A stretch of DNA of 64,000 bases from an uncultured Clostridium sp. GTDB lineage: Bacteria > Bacillota > Clostridia > Clostridiales > Clostridiaceae. The position numbers were made by a program, and so were the translations under genes. The notes below the pieces were generated by a model that had not been told where the DNA came from, searched no databases, and saw only the letters and a list, made by a program, of their open reading frames with translations. This document shows positions 17,969 through 28,086 of this stretch, in pieces (the first letter of the stretch is position 1; every line of letters starts with the position of its first letter). The stretch is from assembly GCF_947039605.1 (NCBI RefSeq), contig NZ_CAMQZG010000012.1, positions 9,771 to 73,770 on the forward strand, in the 5' to 3' direction.

Positions 17969-18646
17969 ATGGAGAGTATATTTATAGATAAATTAGAAGT
18001 GTTAAGGTATCTTGGGCATAAAGGTCAGGATATAGATGCGGATTTAAATTCATTAATTGATAGTTGTATAAATGAAGTTAAAGAAAAAGTAATTCCAAAG
18101 CAAGTTTTTGAAACATATGAAATTGAAAGAATTGATGATGCTATTGAAATTAAAGGGACAAGACTTAAATTAGTTGGTGATGACATAGCAAGTTGTCTTG
18201 AAAATTGTGATAAGGTAATTCTTATGGCAGTGACTCTTGGAAATGAGATTGAAAAAATGATTAGATTATCACAAAGAAGAGATATGACTAAAACAGTTAT
18301 ACTTGATTCTATTGCAACAACTTACGTTGAGGCAGTTTGTGATAAGATTGAAGATGAGATTTATACAAAGTATAAAAAACTTGGGAAGAGTCTTAGTTTT
18401 AGATATAGTCCGGGATATGGAGATTTACCACTTAGTGTTCAAGGTGAATTTTTAGATACTTTAAATGCAAGGCGAGTAATAGGTTTAAATCTTACAAATA
18501 CAAATCTTTTAACTCCAAGAAAGTCTGTTACAGCAATTCTTGGAGTTAAAAATGAGGAGAGTAAAAGATTTAAAAGAACTTGTGAAAATTGCTTGAATTA
18601 TAATACATGCAAATTTAGAAAGGATGGTGTTAAGTGTGGGGATTAA
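17969..18646 (+). CDS. Vitamin B12-dependent methionine synthase activation (SAM-binding) domain protein
   Basis: RYSPGYGDLPL motif and a C-terminal Cys cluster. This is the stand-alone activation domain typical of clostridial split MetH. The ATG at 17969 is preferred over the upstream alternative start. Confidence 0.8.
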   Translation: MESIFIDKLEVLRYLGHKGQDIDADLNSLIDSCINEVKEKVIPKQVFETYEIERIDDAIEIKGTRLKLVGDDIASCLENCDKVILMAVTLGNEIEKMIRLSQRRDMTKTVILDSIATTYVEAVCDKIEDEIYTKYKKLGKSLSFRYSPGYGDLPLSVQGEFLDTLNARRVIGLNLTNTNLLTPRKSVTAILGVKNEESKRFKRTCENCLNYNTCKFRKDGVKCGD

Positions 18647-21020
18647 GGAAAGAATAGCTTCTGAAATTTTGATTTTTGATGGGGCTATGGGAACTATGCT
18701 TCAAAAGAAAGGTTTGAAGCTTGGAGAGAATCCAGAGATTTTTAATATAGAGCAAGAAGAGAAGATATTTGAGGTTCATAAAGAATATATAGATGCTGGT
18801 GCAGATATAGTAACTACAAATACTTTTGGTGCAAATGAGAGAAAATTAAATGAAATAGGATTTAGTGTATCTGATATAGTTACAAAGTCTATAGAGATAG
18901 CTAAAAGAGCTAGAGGTGATAAGAAAGTCTATATAGCACATGATATAGGGCCTATTGGTGAAATGCTTGAGCCTATGGGGACTTTGAGCTTTGATGAGGC
19001 TTATGATGTCTTTAAGAATCAAATGGTTGCAGGTGAGAGAGCTGGAGCAGATTTGTTTATTATAGAAACTATGACTGATTTATATGAAGCAAAGGCGGCG
19101 GTTCTTGCTGCAAAAGAAAATACAAGTTTGCCAGTTATAGTATCTATGAGTTTTGAAGCGAATGGAAGAACTTTTACAGGATGTACAGCTCAAAGTATGG
19201 TTTTAACTTTAGAAGGTCTTGGTGCGGATGCTATTGGAGTTAACTGTTCTCTTGGACCAGAACAGTTATTCCCGGTTGTGAAGGAGATTGTAAGTCATAC
19301 AAATTTACCTGTAATTGTTCAGGCCAATGCAGGGCTTCCAGATATTATTAATGGTGAGGCTGTTTACAATATTTCTGCTAAAGAGTTTGCAAAGGGGGCA
19401 GAGCATTTCTTTAAGCTTGGAGCGACTATAATTGGTGGATGTTGTGGGACAACTCCAGAATTTATAAGTGAAGTAAAAGAGATTTTAAAAGGAAGAGAAA
19501 TACCTAAAAGAGAGAGAGTAATTCAAAATGCACTTTGCACACCATCAAAAGTTATTCAGATAGATGGTGTTAGAGTTGTGGGGGAGAGAATTAATCCTAC
19601 AGGTAAAAAGCTTTTTAAAGAAGCCCTAATCAATGAAGATATGGACTATATACTTAACCAAGCAATAGAGCAGGTTGAGGCAGGGGCAGATATTCTTGAT
19701 ATTAATGTAGGGCTACCAAAGATAGATGAGAAACAAATGATGGTAAATGTTATAAAAGATATACAAGCAGTTCTTGATGTACCACTTCAAATAGATTCAA
19801 CAAGACCAGAGGTTATAGAGAGTGCATTAAGATATTACAATGGAAAGGCTATTGTAAATTCTATAAATGGTGAAGAAGAAGTTATGGAAGCGATTCTTCC
19901 TATAATTAAAAAGTTTGGAGCATCAGTTATAGGACTAACTCTTGATAAAAATGGGATACCGCCAAAGGCTGAGGATAGACTTAAAATAGCAGAGAAGATA
20001 GTTAAAAGATGTTTAAGTTATGGAATTAAAAAAGAAGATATTTATATAGATTGTCTTGTTTTAACTGCATCAGCACAGCAAAAAGAAGTTAAAGAAACTT
20101 TAAAAGCAGTAACACTAGTTAAAGGAAAATTAGGAGTAAGAACTCTTCTTGGAGTTTCTAATATATCATTTGGTCTTCCAAATAGAAAACTTATAAATGA
20201 AACTTTCCTTTCTTTAGCATTTGGTGCAGGTCTTGATTTACCTATAATGAATCCTAATATTCAGGGGATGATGGATGTTGTACATTCATTTAAGGTTCTT
20301 AGTAATGAGGATAAAGATTCTGAGAATTTTATAAATATATATGGTGGGACCAATAATGAACCAACTAAAAAGGTTGTATCTAGTAATAATGAAGAACGAG
20401 ATCTTTTGACAATTGTAGTTAAGGGTTTAAAAGATGAGGCAAAGGGGGCAACACAAAAGCTTTTAAATCATGGAAAAGTAGAGCTAGATATAGTTAACCA
20501 AGATTTGATACCAGCACTTGATATTGTTGGTGAAAAATATGAAAAAGGCGAAATATTTCTTCCGCAACTTATAAGGTCAGCGGAAACAGTTAAGGGTGCT
20601 TTTGAAGTTTTAAAAGAAAGCCTAGTAAAAAGTGGAGCGGCTAAAATTACGAAAGGTAGACTAATACTAGCAACTGTAAAAGGTGATATTCATGATATAG
20701 GAAAAAATATAGTTAAGGTTATTTTAGAGAACTATGGATATGATGTAATTGACCTTGGAAAAGATGTTCCTATAGAAAAGGTTGTTGAGGTTGCAAGAGA
20801 AAAGGATATAAAACTTGTTGGGCTTAGTGCACTGATGACCACAACTCTAGTTAGTATGGAAGAAACTATAAAAGCTATAAGAGAAGCTGGACTTGAGACT
20901 ACTGTATTTGTAGGCGGTGCAGTTCTAACAGAAGATTATGCACAGATGATAGGTGCAGATTATTATGCTAGAGATGCTAAGGAGTCGGTTGAAATAGCAA
21001 AGAAAATATTTAATCAATAA
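18624..21020 (+). CDS. metH: Cobalamin-dependent methionine synthase (Hcy-binding, pterin-binding and B12-binding modules; no activation domain)
   Basis: 798 aa with a GGCCGTTPE zinc site, a pterin-binding barrel, and GDIHDIGKNIV (DxHxxG) in the B12 domain. The exact start is uncertain: the ORF overlaps the previous gene by 23 nt. Confidence 0.9.
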   Translation: MVLSVGIKERIASEILIFDGAMGTMLQKKGLKLGENPEIFNIEQEEKIFEVHKEYIDAGADIVTTNTFGANERKLNEIGFSVSDIVTKSIEIAKRARGDKKVYIAHDIGPIGEMLEPMGTLSFDEAYDVFKNQMVAGERAGADLFIIETMTDLYEAKAAVLAAKENTSLPVIVSMSFEANGRTFTGCTAQSMVLTLEGLGADAIGVNCSLGPEQLFPVVKEIVSHTNLPVIVQANAGLPDIINGEAVYNISAKEFAKGAEHFFKLGATIIGGCCGTTPEFISEVKEILKGREIPKRERVIQNALCTPSKVIQIDGVRVVGERINPTGKKLFKEALINEDMDYILNQAIEQVEAGADILDINVGLPKIDEKQMMVNVIKDIQAVLDVPLQIDSTRPEVIESALRYYNGKAIVNSINGEEEVMEAILPIIKKFGASVIGLTLDKNGIPPKAEDRLKIAEKIVKRCLSYGIKKEDIYIDCLVLTASAQQKEVKETLKAVTLVKGKLGVRTLLGVSNISFGLPNRKLINETFLSLAFGAGLDLPIMNPNIQGMMDVVHSFKVLSNEDKDSENFINIYGGTNNEPTKKVVSSNNEERDLLTIVVKGLKDEAKGATQKLLNHGKVELDIVNQDLIPALDIVGEKYEKGEIFLPQLIRSAETVKGAFEVLKESLVKSGAAKITKGRLILATVKGDIHDIGKNIVKVILENYGYDVIDLGKDVPIEKVVEVAREKDIKLVGLSALMTTTLVSMEETIKAIREAGLETTVFVGGAVLTEDYAQMIGADYYARDAKESVEIAKKIFNQ

Positions 21021-21114
21021 AATTAGTTAGTATTATAAATAGGGGGAACATTTCTCACACATTAATCTTAATTACATATAATAATATGAATTAATTAAGA
21101 AAGGTGAGAGATAA

Positions 21115-21840
21115 ATGGCAGATAATAATAAAAGAAATGTTATATGTGATTATAAAGGTTCTGTAAACCAAGACCAACCAGTAAATCATAGAAGATATAC
21201 ATTTCTTGAGAAAGAAGAAAATGATAAGTTAGTTATAGGTTTAAGATTTGATTCTAGAAATACAAGTTCAAATAGAAATGAAATTTTAGGTCAGTGGGCT
21301 ATATCTGATGATAGATATGTTTTATATTTTCATATAAATATAGAGGCTGATGAGAATGTTCAAAGTATAGCAGTGCGAAATTCTATAATTAGAAGTAAAC
21401 TAGCGGGTTATATTAGAAAAATATTAAATGCAGATAAAAAACTTATAAGTTTAAATGAGGAATTATTTAAATCGCCAATTATTGTTTATTTTAAATGTGC
21501 TCTCCCTTATTATAATCGAGTTGAAAATTGGGGAACTGTAGAAGAGTATTTATCAGAAAAAGATTTAATAATTCTACAATATAACAGAAGAGAAGTAGAA
21601 ATTATAAAATTATTAACAAGAGAACATATTGATAAAAAAATGTTTGAATTTTATAACGGGAGTACAGATTATAAAATAGGGGAAATAGAACTCGTAGAAA
21701 TTGATAGTAAAGAGATTTTAGGGATATATAACTTAGAGTTCTTTGTGAGTGTAATTAAAGAAAATAAAACAGATAAATTTAAAATGAGTTTAAAGATTTA
21801 TGATGATATAGTTGATATAATTCAGTTTGAGAAAGTCTAA
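21115..21840 (+). CDS. Staygreen (SGR, Mg-dechelatase-like) family protein with an extra C-terminal domain
   Basis: N-terminal about 160 aa carry RRYT..., LVIGL, RNEILGQWA, YVLYFH and PIIVYF...YNRVENWGT..EYL. This parallels the bacterial staygreen-family pattern (RKYTLTH...RDEVLAEW...PIYVHF). Recognition is from memory of the family. Confidence 0.45.
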   Translation: MADNNKRNVICDYKGSVNQDQPVNHRRYTFLEKEENDKLVIGLRFDSRNTSSNRNEILGQWAISDDRYVLYFHINIEADENVQSIAVRNSIIRSKLAGYIRKILNADKKLISLNEELFKSPIIVYFKCALPYYNRVENWGTVEEYLSEKDLIILQYNRREVEIIKLLTREHIDKKMFEFYNGSTDYKIGEIELVEIDSKEILGIYNLEFFVSVIKENKTDKFKMSLKIYDDIVDIIQFEKV

Positions 21841-21847
21841 AAGTTAA

Positions 21848-21874
21848 GGGATGTATTAAAAATACATCCCTTTT
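21848..21874 (+). terminator. Rho-independent terminator
   Basis: GGGATGTATT-AAA-AATACATCCC followed by TTTT. Confidence 0.8.
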
Positions 21875-21999
21875 GCAATTTTATTGATAGATTATTCGTT
21901 ATTAGATTGATAAATTTTCATATTATCAGATAAATATCTTGAAAATTATTAAATTAGTAGTATATAATGTAAAAAACATACATGTTAGGGGGATAATAT

Positions 22000-23364
22000 A
22001 TGTCAGTTAAAAAAGAGAAAGGTAGAGAAAAATTCTCGTCAGGTCTTGCAGTATTCTTAGCTACTTTAAGTTCGGCTGTTGGACTTGGAAACATTTGGTT
22101 ATTTCCATATGTAACAGGAGAAAATGGGGGAGCAGCTTTTATTTTTGTTTATTTTATATGTCTATTGCTAATAGCATTACCTGTACTTTTAATTGAATTT
22201 TCAATTGGTAGAGGAACTAGAAAAAATATATATGGAGCTATAAAAAAATTTACAAATAAAAAGATTTTTAGGGCGATAGGATTCATAGGAATTATTTCAA
22301 CATCATTTATATTATTTTTCTATACAGCAGTTGCAGGGTGGGTATATTCTTATATATTTAAAGCAATAAGTGGCTTATTTAATGGAATGAGTGCAGCAGA
22401 AGTTTCTAATGTATTTGTTCAAACTAGTTCGAATCCAATAAGTGCTATAAGTTGGCAAGTTGTTGCAGTTATAGTTGCTTGTGGAATTCTTGCTTTTGGT
22501 GTTAAGGGGGGAATTGAAAAAATAACAAAAACTCTTATGCCAGTTTTAATTGGTCTTTTAGTATTTTGTGTTATTAGAAGTCTTATGCTTCCGGGGGCAA
22601 TGGAAGGTGTAGAATTTTTATTAAAGCCTGATTTTTCAAAGATTAATTTAGGGGTTGTAGTTGCAGCTATGGGACTAGCATTCTTTAAACTTTGTGTTGG
22701 AACTGGGACAATGGTTACATATAGTAGTTATTATACTGATGATAATAATCTTGTAGGGACAGCAACAAAGGTTGCACTTGCTGATACAGGAGTTTCTATA
22801 CTTGCAGGGCTTGCTATATTCCCAGCAGTATTTTCATTTGGACTTGAACCTACAAGTGGGCCTGGATTATTATTTGAAACAATACCTTTAATATTTAGTG
22901 GAATTCCAGGTGGGCAAATTCTTACAGTTGCATTCTTTACATTAACAGCTATGGCAGCAACAATGGCTATGATATCTTTATTTGAAGTATTAACAGCAGC
23001 GTTAGTTGAAGAGTTAAAACTTGATAGAGTTAAAGCACAAGTTATAAATGCAGTGGTTATATTAAGTTTTGGGTCACTTGCAGCATTATCAGGACATTCA
23101 CAGGCACCACTTTCACATATAAAGATTTTTGGAAATACATTCTTTGATTTTTATGATAAAGCAGTACAATTATTTATGTTACCGCTTAATTGCATTTTGA
23201 TGTGTATCTTTGGAATTTACTTTATAAAAAGACAGTTCTTTATAGATCAACTTACGAATTATGGAGCAATTAAAAATGAGAAAATAGCTAAAATAGTATT
23301 ATTTACAGCAAAATATATTACACCAGTTTTAATAGCTATTGTGTTTATTGGTGCATTCATATAA
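22000..23364 (+). CDS. Sodium-dependent transporter, SNF (neurotransmitter:sodium symporter) family
   Basis: 454 aa. GLGNIWLFPY is the NSS signature, with about 11-12 TM helices. Confidence 0.88.
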   Translation: MSVKKEKGREKFSSGLAVFLATLSSAVGLGNIWLFPYVTGENGGAAFIFVYFICLLLIALPVLLIEFSIGRGTRKNIYGAIKKFTNKKIFRAIGFIGIISTSFILFFYTAVAGWVYSYIFKAISGLFNGMSAAEVSNVFVQTSSNPISAISWQVVAVIVACGILAFGVKGGIEKITKTLMPVLIGLLVFCVIRSLMLPGAMEGVEFLLKPDFSKINLGVVVAAMGLAFFKLCVGTGTMVTYSSYYTDDNNLVGTATKVALADTGVSILAGLAIFPAVFSFGLEPTSGPGLLFETIPLIFSGIPGGQILTVAFFTLTAMAATMAMISLFEVLTAALVEELKLDRVKAQVINAVVILSFGSLAALSGHSQAPLSHIKIFGNTFFDFYDKAVQLFMLPLNCILMCIFGIYFIKRQFFIDQLTNYGAIKNEKIAKIVLFTAKYITPVLIAIVFIGAFI

Positions 23365-23383
23365 ATTAATTAAATTAAAAAAA

Positions 23384-23416
23384 GTGTCTATTTTATAAAA
23401 AAATAGGCGCTTTTTT
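23384..23416 (+). terminator. Rho-independent terminator
   Basis: GTGTCTATTT...AAATAGGCGC stem (with G-U pairs) followed by T6. Confidence 0.6.
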
Positions 23417-23552
23417 GCATGAAAGTACACGTGTGAAATACAAGTGTATTTTATTTTTGTGATTTAGTGGTAAAATATGGAATCTAAGTATATAATAATG
23501 TTATAGATTAGTTTCTATATTGGGGTATTTAGAAAAAAAGGGGGTTATATAT

Positions 23553-24851
23553 ATGAAAAAAATTAAAATTGCACTACTAGGATTGGGGAATGTTGGTCGT
23601 GGAGTATGGAAAATATTCGAGTCTAACAAAGATGAGGTATTAAAACGTTCAGGTTATGATGTTGAGATTACAAAAATTCTTGTAAGAGATAAGTCAAAAC
23701 CAAGAGGGGTTGAAGTTCCAGATGAACTTTTAACAACAAGTTACAGTGATATTATTAATGATGATGAAATCAAAATTGTTGTTGAACTTATGGGGGGAAT
23801 AGACCCTGCTAAAGGATATATTCTTGAGGCTATAAAAAAAGGAAAACATATTGTTACAGCGAATAAAATGTTACTTGCTAAAATGGGTGATGAACTTTTT
23901 GAGGAAGCTGACAAACATGGAGTTAAATTCAACTACGAGGCTAGTGTAGCTGGAGGAATTCCAATAATAAGTGGGATAAATGAGAGTCTTACTGCTAATA
24001 AGATAGAAAGAATGTATGGAATAGTTAATGGGACAACTAATTATATATTAAGCAAAATGGAACTTGAAGGTGTTGATTTTGATGATGCACTTAAAGAAGC
24101 ACAAGAAATGGGATATGCAGAAGCAGACCCAACATCAGATATAGAAGGATATGATGCACAGTATAAACTTGCTATTTTAGCATCTCTTGCTTTTGGAACA
24201 AAAGTTGAGGTTGAAGATGTTTATAGAGAAGGGATTACTAATATTACATCACAAGATATTGAATATGCAAAAGAGCTTGGTCTTAAAATAAAGCTTCTTG
24301 CAACAGTTAAAGAAGATGATAAAGGGCTTGATTTAAGAGTTCACCCAACTATGATTCCAGCAACACATCCACTTGCGAATGTTTATGATGCATTTAATGC
24401 TATATTTATAAGAGGTAACGCAGTTGGTGACCTTATGTTTTATGGTAGAGGGGCTGGAGACTTACCTACAGGAAGTGCGGTTGTGAGTGATATTATCTCT
24501 ATACTTAGAAGTAATGTTGACCATGAGAATGATATTCCGGTAGTTAAAAATAATCTTTGGAAGAAAGAAATTAAAGATATAAAAGATGCTGTATGTAGAT
24601 ATTATATTAGAATTACAACTATTGATGAGCCAGGAGTTTTAGGTTCAATAACTAAAGCATTTGGTGATAATGAAGTTAGTATTAGGTCTATAATTCAAAG
24701 AGGTAAAAAAAGAACTGGGCAGTATGTAACATTAGTTCTTGAAACTCATCATACAACTGAAGGTAGTATCATATCAGCAATTGATGATATATATGAAATT
24801 AAAGAAATCAAAAAGATTGATAATCTTATTAGAATAGAAGAGTTTAGATAG
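23553..24851 (+). CDS. hom: Homoserine dehydrogenase (with C-terminal ACT domain)
   Basis: IALLGLGNVGRGV Rossmann motif and NGTTNYIL. The start is taken at ATG 23553 (RBS AAAGGGGG). Confidence 0.9.
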   Translation: MKKIKIALLGLGNVGRGVWKIFESNKDEVLKRSGYDVEITKILVRDKSKPRGVEVPDELLTTSYSDIINDDEIKIVVELMGGIDPAKGYILEAIKKGKHIVTANKMLLAKMGDELFEEADKHGVKFNYEASVAGGIPIISGINESLTANKIERMYGIVNGTTNYILSKMELEGVDFDDALKEAQEMGYAEADPTSDIEGYDAQYKLAILASLAFGTKVEVEDVYREGITNITSQDIEYAKELGLKIKLLATVKEDDKGLDLRVHPTMIPATHPLANVYDAFNAIFIRGNAVGDLMFYGRGAGDLPTGSAVVSDIISILRSNVDHENDIPVVKNNLWKKEIKDIKDAVCRYYIRITTIDEPGVLGSITKAFGDNEVSIRSIIQRGKKRTGQYVTLVLETHHTTEGSIISAIDDIYEIKEIKKIDNLIRIEEFR

Positions 24852-24879
24852 GTAATAAAATTTATCTAAAGCATAGGGA

Positions 24880-24912
24880 AAGGCAAACCTTTATTTGAGG
24901 TTTGCCTTTTTA
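24880..24912. terminator. Bidirectional terminator between hom and the convergent ABC operon
   Basis: AAGGCAAACCT-TTATTTG-AGGTTTGCCTT followed by a T-run. Confidence 0.75.
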
Positions 24913-24947
24913 TTAATTCTTTATAGTTGTTTATTTTATCAACAATA

Positions 24948-25637
24948 TTAAACTAAATTCTCTGAAGGTTGTGTATCAGAAATTAAAACACCATCTTCTA
25001 GCGTTAGTATTCTATTACATTTTTTAGCTACATTAATATCATGAGTTATTATAATAACAGTTTTCCCTTCTTTATTTATCTCTAAAAATAGGTCCATTAT
25101 TTCATCTTTTGTTTTTTTATCTAAAGCGCCAGTAGGCTCATCAGCTAAAATTAATTCTGGATTATTTATTAATGCTCGTCCAATAGCAACTCTTTGTTTT
25201 TGTCCACCAGATAACTCTTCAATTAATTTATGTTTATGCTCATATAAGCCTAGCTGTTTAATCATTTTAGCAACTTTATTATGCATATTATCTTTATTAG
25301 TAGAGTACATAATTGGAATACTAATGTTATCAACTATGGTGTAGTTATTCAATAAATTAAAATTTTGAAATACTATTCCAACTTCTTCATTTCTAAATTT
25401 ACATATATTTTTATATAACATTTTAGTTATATCTTTATCCTTGAATATATATTTACCGCTAGATGCATTATCTATCAATGACAATATATTTAAAAGAGTT
25501 GTTTTTCCTGAACCAGACTCTCCCATTATAGCTACTAATTCACCTTTTTTTATTTCAAGATTTAAACAATCTAATGCTTTAAATTTAGTTGCCTCATTTT
25601 TATTATAAGTTTTATTTATATCAATTAATTTAATCAT
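24948..25637 (-). CDS. ABC transporter ATP-binding protein (MacB/FtsE-like clade)
   Basis: Walker A GESGSGKTT, signature LSGGQKQR, Walker B ILADEPT. Confidence 0.9.
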   Translation of the reverse strand: MIKLIDINKTYNKNEATKFKALDCLNLEIKKGELVAIMGESGSGKTTLLNILSLIDNASSGKYIFKDKDITKMLYKNICKFRNEEVGIVFQNFNLLNNYTIVDNISIPIMYSTNKDNMHNKVAKMIKQLGLYEHKHKLIEELSGGQKQRVAIGRALINNPELILADEPTGALDKKTKDEIMDLFLEINKEGKTVIIITHDINVAKKCNRILTLEDGVLISDTQPSENLV

Positions 25638-25646
25638 TATACCTCC

Positions 25647-26906
25647 CTAGTTTTCTTTTAATAATTCTATTAATTTGAGTTTTTTTAGATGTTTTATAGG
25701 CAAAATTGATATTATCATTGTAATTAATAATATTAAACCTATATTTATTGATATTATTAGTAAAGAAGGAACTTTTCCTATAGAAATACTTATAGAAATA
25801 ATACTCGCTAAAATACAAATAGCTCTAATTTCTTTTTTGAATTCATCTATTATATTATTTATAGTAGCACCATTAGTTAGTTTTATAGCAAATTCTCTTT
25901 GCCTTTGTTTAATAATACCTAATAATATACATGTAGTTCCCATCATAGAGAGTAAACATAATACGACTCCAAGAATTAGTGAAGATTTATAATCTCTAGT
26001 TAAATTTAATGCTGTATTATTAAGCATTCCAAGATCTGATATATCCACCTTGAAATCTAATTTATTAAATTTTTCGTTTAAATAATCTTTTATATAACTT
26101 ATACTTGTATTATCATTTAGTTCTAATATAACTCCACTATCACCTATTGCTGCACCATGAGATAAGGAAAGAAAATTATCAACTGTTGGAATAACAGTAA
26201 AAGCATTTCCGAGTAATACACTACTTGCAAATGCATCTCCATAATTTCTAGTAGCAGGTATAGCATAATCTTCCATTATTCCGACTACTTCAAACATTAT
26301 ATTATCGAACTCATCTATAGTTGCCCAATTTTCAGCTGGTATTTTATCACCTATTTTATAAATGTCTTTAAAGTCGCTTCCTAATAATATTGGTATATTA
26401 TCTTTTTTATAATCTTTTTTTGTATCTTCTGCTGTTAAAGTTCTTCCTTTTGAAACTTTAATAGTATTTTTATTTAAAAAATTATCGCATACTAATATTT
26501 TAGATAATGCCTCCATTTGATTAATTTCTGATAAATTTTGATGCTTTTTTGGAATGTTTTCTAAATTTATTTCTTTTATAGGCATAATACTTGGATAATA
26601 AATAAAATCATTTTTTATTAAATTGCTTTTTTTCAAGTCTAAAAATACATCATAGTTTTCATTAGCTACTGTAAATGATTCAAAATAGTCGAAATTTTCA
26701 TCTTGATTATCAAATCCATCTATTGGAACTAATCTAACTAAATATGACTTACTAGCATTAAATAAAGATTCTAATCCTTTCTTTTTACTTTGATTCGCTA
26801 ATAATAAATTACTACTGTTATTTATTATTGATAAAGACAATGATAATTGTAATAATATCAATATCAATAAATATCCCATCTTTTTAATTCTCTTTAACGT
26901 ATACAT
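25647..26906 (-). CDS. ABC transporter permease, FtsX/MacB-like with a large extracytoplasmic domain
   Basis: 419 aa. One N-terminal TM helix, an extracellular domain of about 270 aa, and a C-terminal 3-TM FtsX block. Confidence 0.65.
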   Translation of the reverse strand: MYTLKRIKKMGYLLILILLQLSLSLSIINNSSNLLLANQSKKKGLESLFNASKSYLVRLVPIDGFDNQDENFDYFESFTVANENYDVFLDLKKSNLIKNDFIYYPSIMPIKEINLENIPKKHQNLSEINQMEALSKILVCDNFLNKNTIKVSKGRTLTAEDTKKDYKKDNIPILLGSDFKDIYKIGDKIPAENWATIDEFDNIMFEVVGIMEDYAIPATRNYGDAFASSVLLGNAFTVIPTVDNFLSLSHGAAIGDSGVILELNDNTSISYIKDYLNEKFNKLDFKVDISDLGMLNNTALNLTRDYKSSLILGVVLCLLSMMGTTCILLGIIKQRQREFAIKLTNGATINNIIDEFKKEIRAICILASIISISISIGKVPSLLIISINIGLILLITMIISILPIKHLKKLKLIELLKEN

Positions 26907-27953
26907 CTAAGACCTCCTAGTAATAACTACGGGTTTAATCTTCATTATATAGATTAAAAACGGTATTATAGATATAATTGAAAAAATTATTATAAATATA
27001 AATGAAACAAATAGATTCATAATAGATATTGATATATTCATATTTCCTAAATATCCTCTAGTAATTAAATTCACTATAAAATGTGATGTTAGAGCAATAA
27101 CTAAAGAGATTAAAGTTATCTTATTAAAGTAAACAAAAAATTCTTTAATAAGACCAAGGTTAGTTGCTCCAACAACCTTTTTTATAATTATCTCTTTTTC
27201 TAAACTTTTTACCAAGAAATATGAAATTCCAATAGTATTAGAAAATGTTATTAAAAATATTAATACTAAAGAAAATATAAGGGAGGTCCATTCGCTTGAA
27301 GTATCATGTGTAAAATAATCATTTACTGTAATTTCTTCATCTAAATTTAGAAATTCTTTCTTTATAAGGTTTATACAATTTGCTATTTCTTTTTCCTCTC
27401 CAGATAATACAATAATTACTTCTTCTCTAGTTAAGTTTTCACTTTTCAAAAATTGATTAAAGAGATTATTAGAAATAATCATCTTACCTTCAATAGAATA
27501 TACTGTTCCAATCTCTTTTAAATTAACATTATTAATGACTCCTACATCATTTTTTATTTCTAAAGTTTTTTCTCCATTAAAAGTATTGCTGAATACAGCA
27601 AAATTATTTTCATCTCTAAAATCCTTCATAGAAAGAACTTCACCTTCAGCAACATCCTGAAGATAAAAATTATCATTGATATTCAAATAGGTTTCTACAA
27701 TCATATCATCATCTCTATATTTTCTTAATTTTATGGTGATATTTTCTTCTTTTAGCAATTCATATAAATTATTTAACTGAATTGTAGATTCTCTTGGCAA
27801 TGTAATTTGTTTATTATATTTGGGGTTGTTGACTTTATACTTTCCTATTTCATGACTAATAAATGATATGCTTAACGAAAATATAAAAATAATTACCGAA
27901 CATGAAATAACAAAAAAATAATCAGATAATTTTAAATTTAGTTTTTTATCCAT
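26907..27953 (-). CDS. FtsX-like permease family membrane protein
   Basis: The topology matches the neighbouring permease. The start is taken at ATG 27953 (RBS GGAGGG). It is translationally coupled to the downstream permease. Confidence 0.6.
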   Translation of the reverse strand: MDKKLNLKLSDYFFVISCSVIIFIFSLSISFISHEIGKYKVNNPKYNKQITLPRESTIQLNNLYELLKEENITIKLRKYRDDDMIVETYLNINDNFYLQDVAEGEVLSMKDFRDENNFAVFSNTFNGEKTLEIKNDVGVINNVNLKEIGTVYSIEGKMIISNNLFNQFLKSENLTREEVIIVLSGEEKEIANCINLIKKEFLNLDEEITVNDYFTHDTSSEWTSLIFSLVLIFLITFSNTIGISYFLVKSLEKEIIIKKVVGATNLGLIKEFFVYFNKITLISLVIALTSHFIVNLITRGYLGNMNISISIMNLFVSFIFIIIFSIISIIPFLIYIMKIKPVVITRRS

Positions 27954-28086
27954 AAAAACCCTCCTTTTTATTAAATAATACAATAAATTATCATAATATT
28001 GGTAATATTTACAAAAATTATTTATATATGTTGGTAATGTTTACATAATATACTAATTATAGAAATGTTTTGATGGAGGTTTTCTT

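Noticed and set aside
26904-26909. The two FtsX-like permease ORFs abut in the same frame (..RRS-TAG-ATG..), which suggests one gene broken by a nonsense mutation.
   Set aside because: A canonical AGGAGG sits 8 nt before the downstream ATG. Each product also has its own N-terminal TM anchor and ectodomain. Translational coupling of two genes is more likely than a pseudogene.
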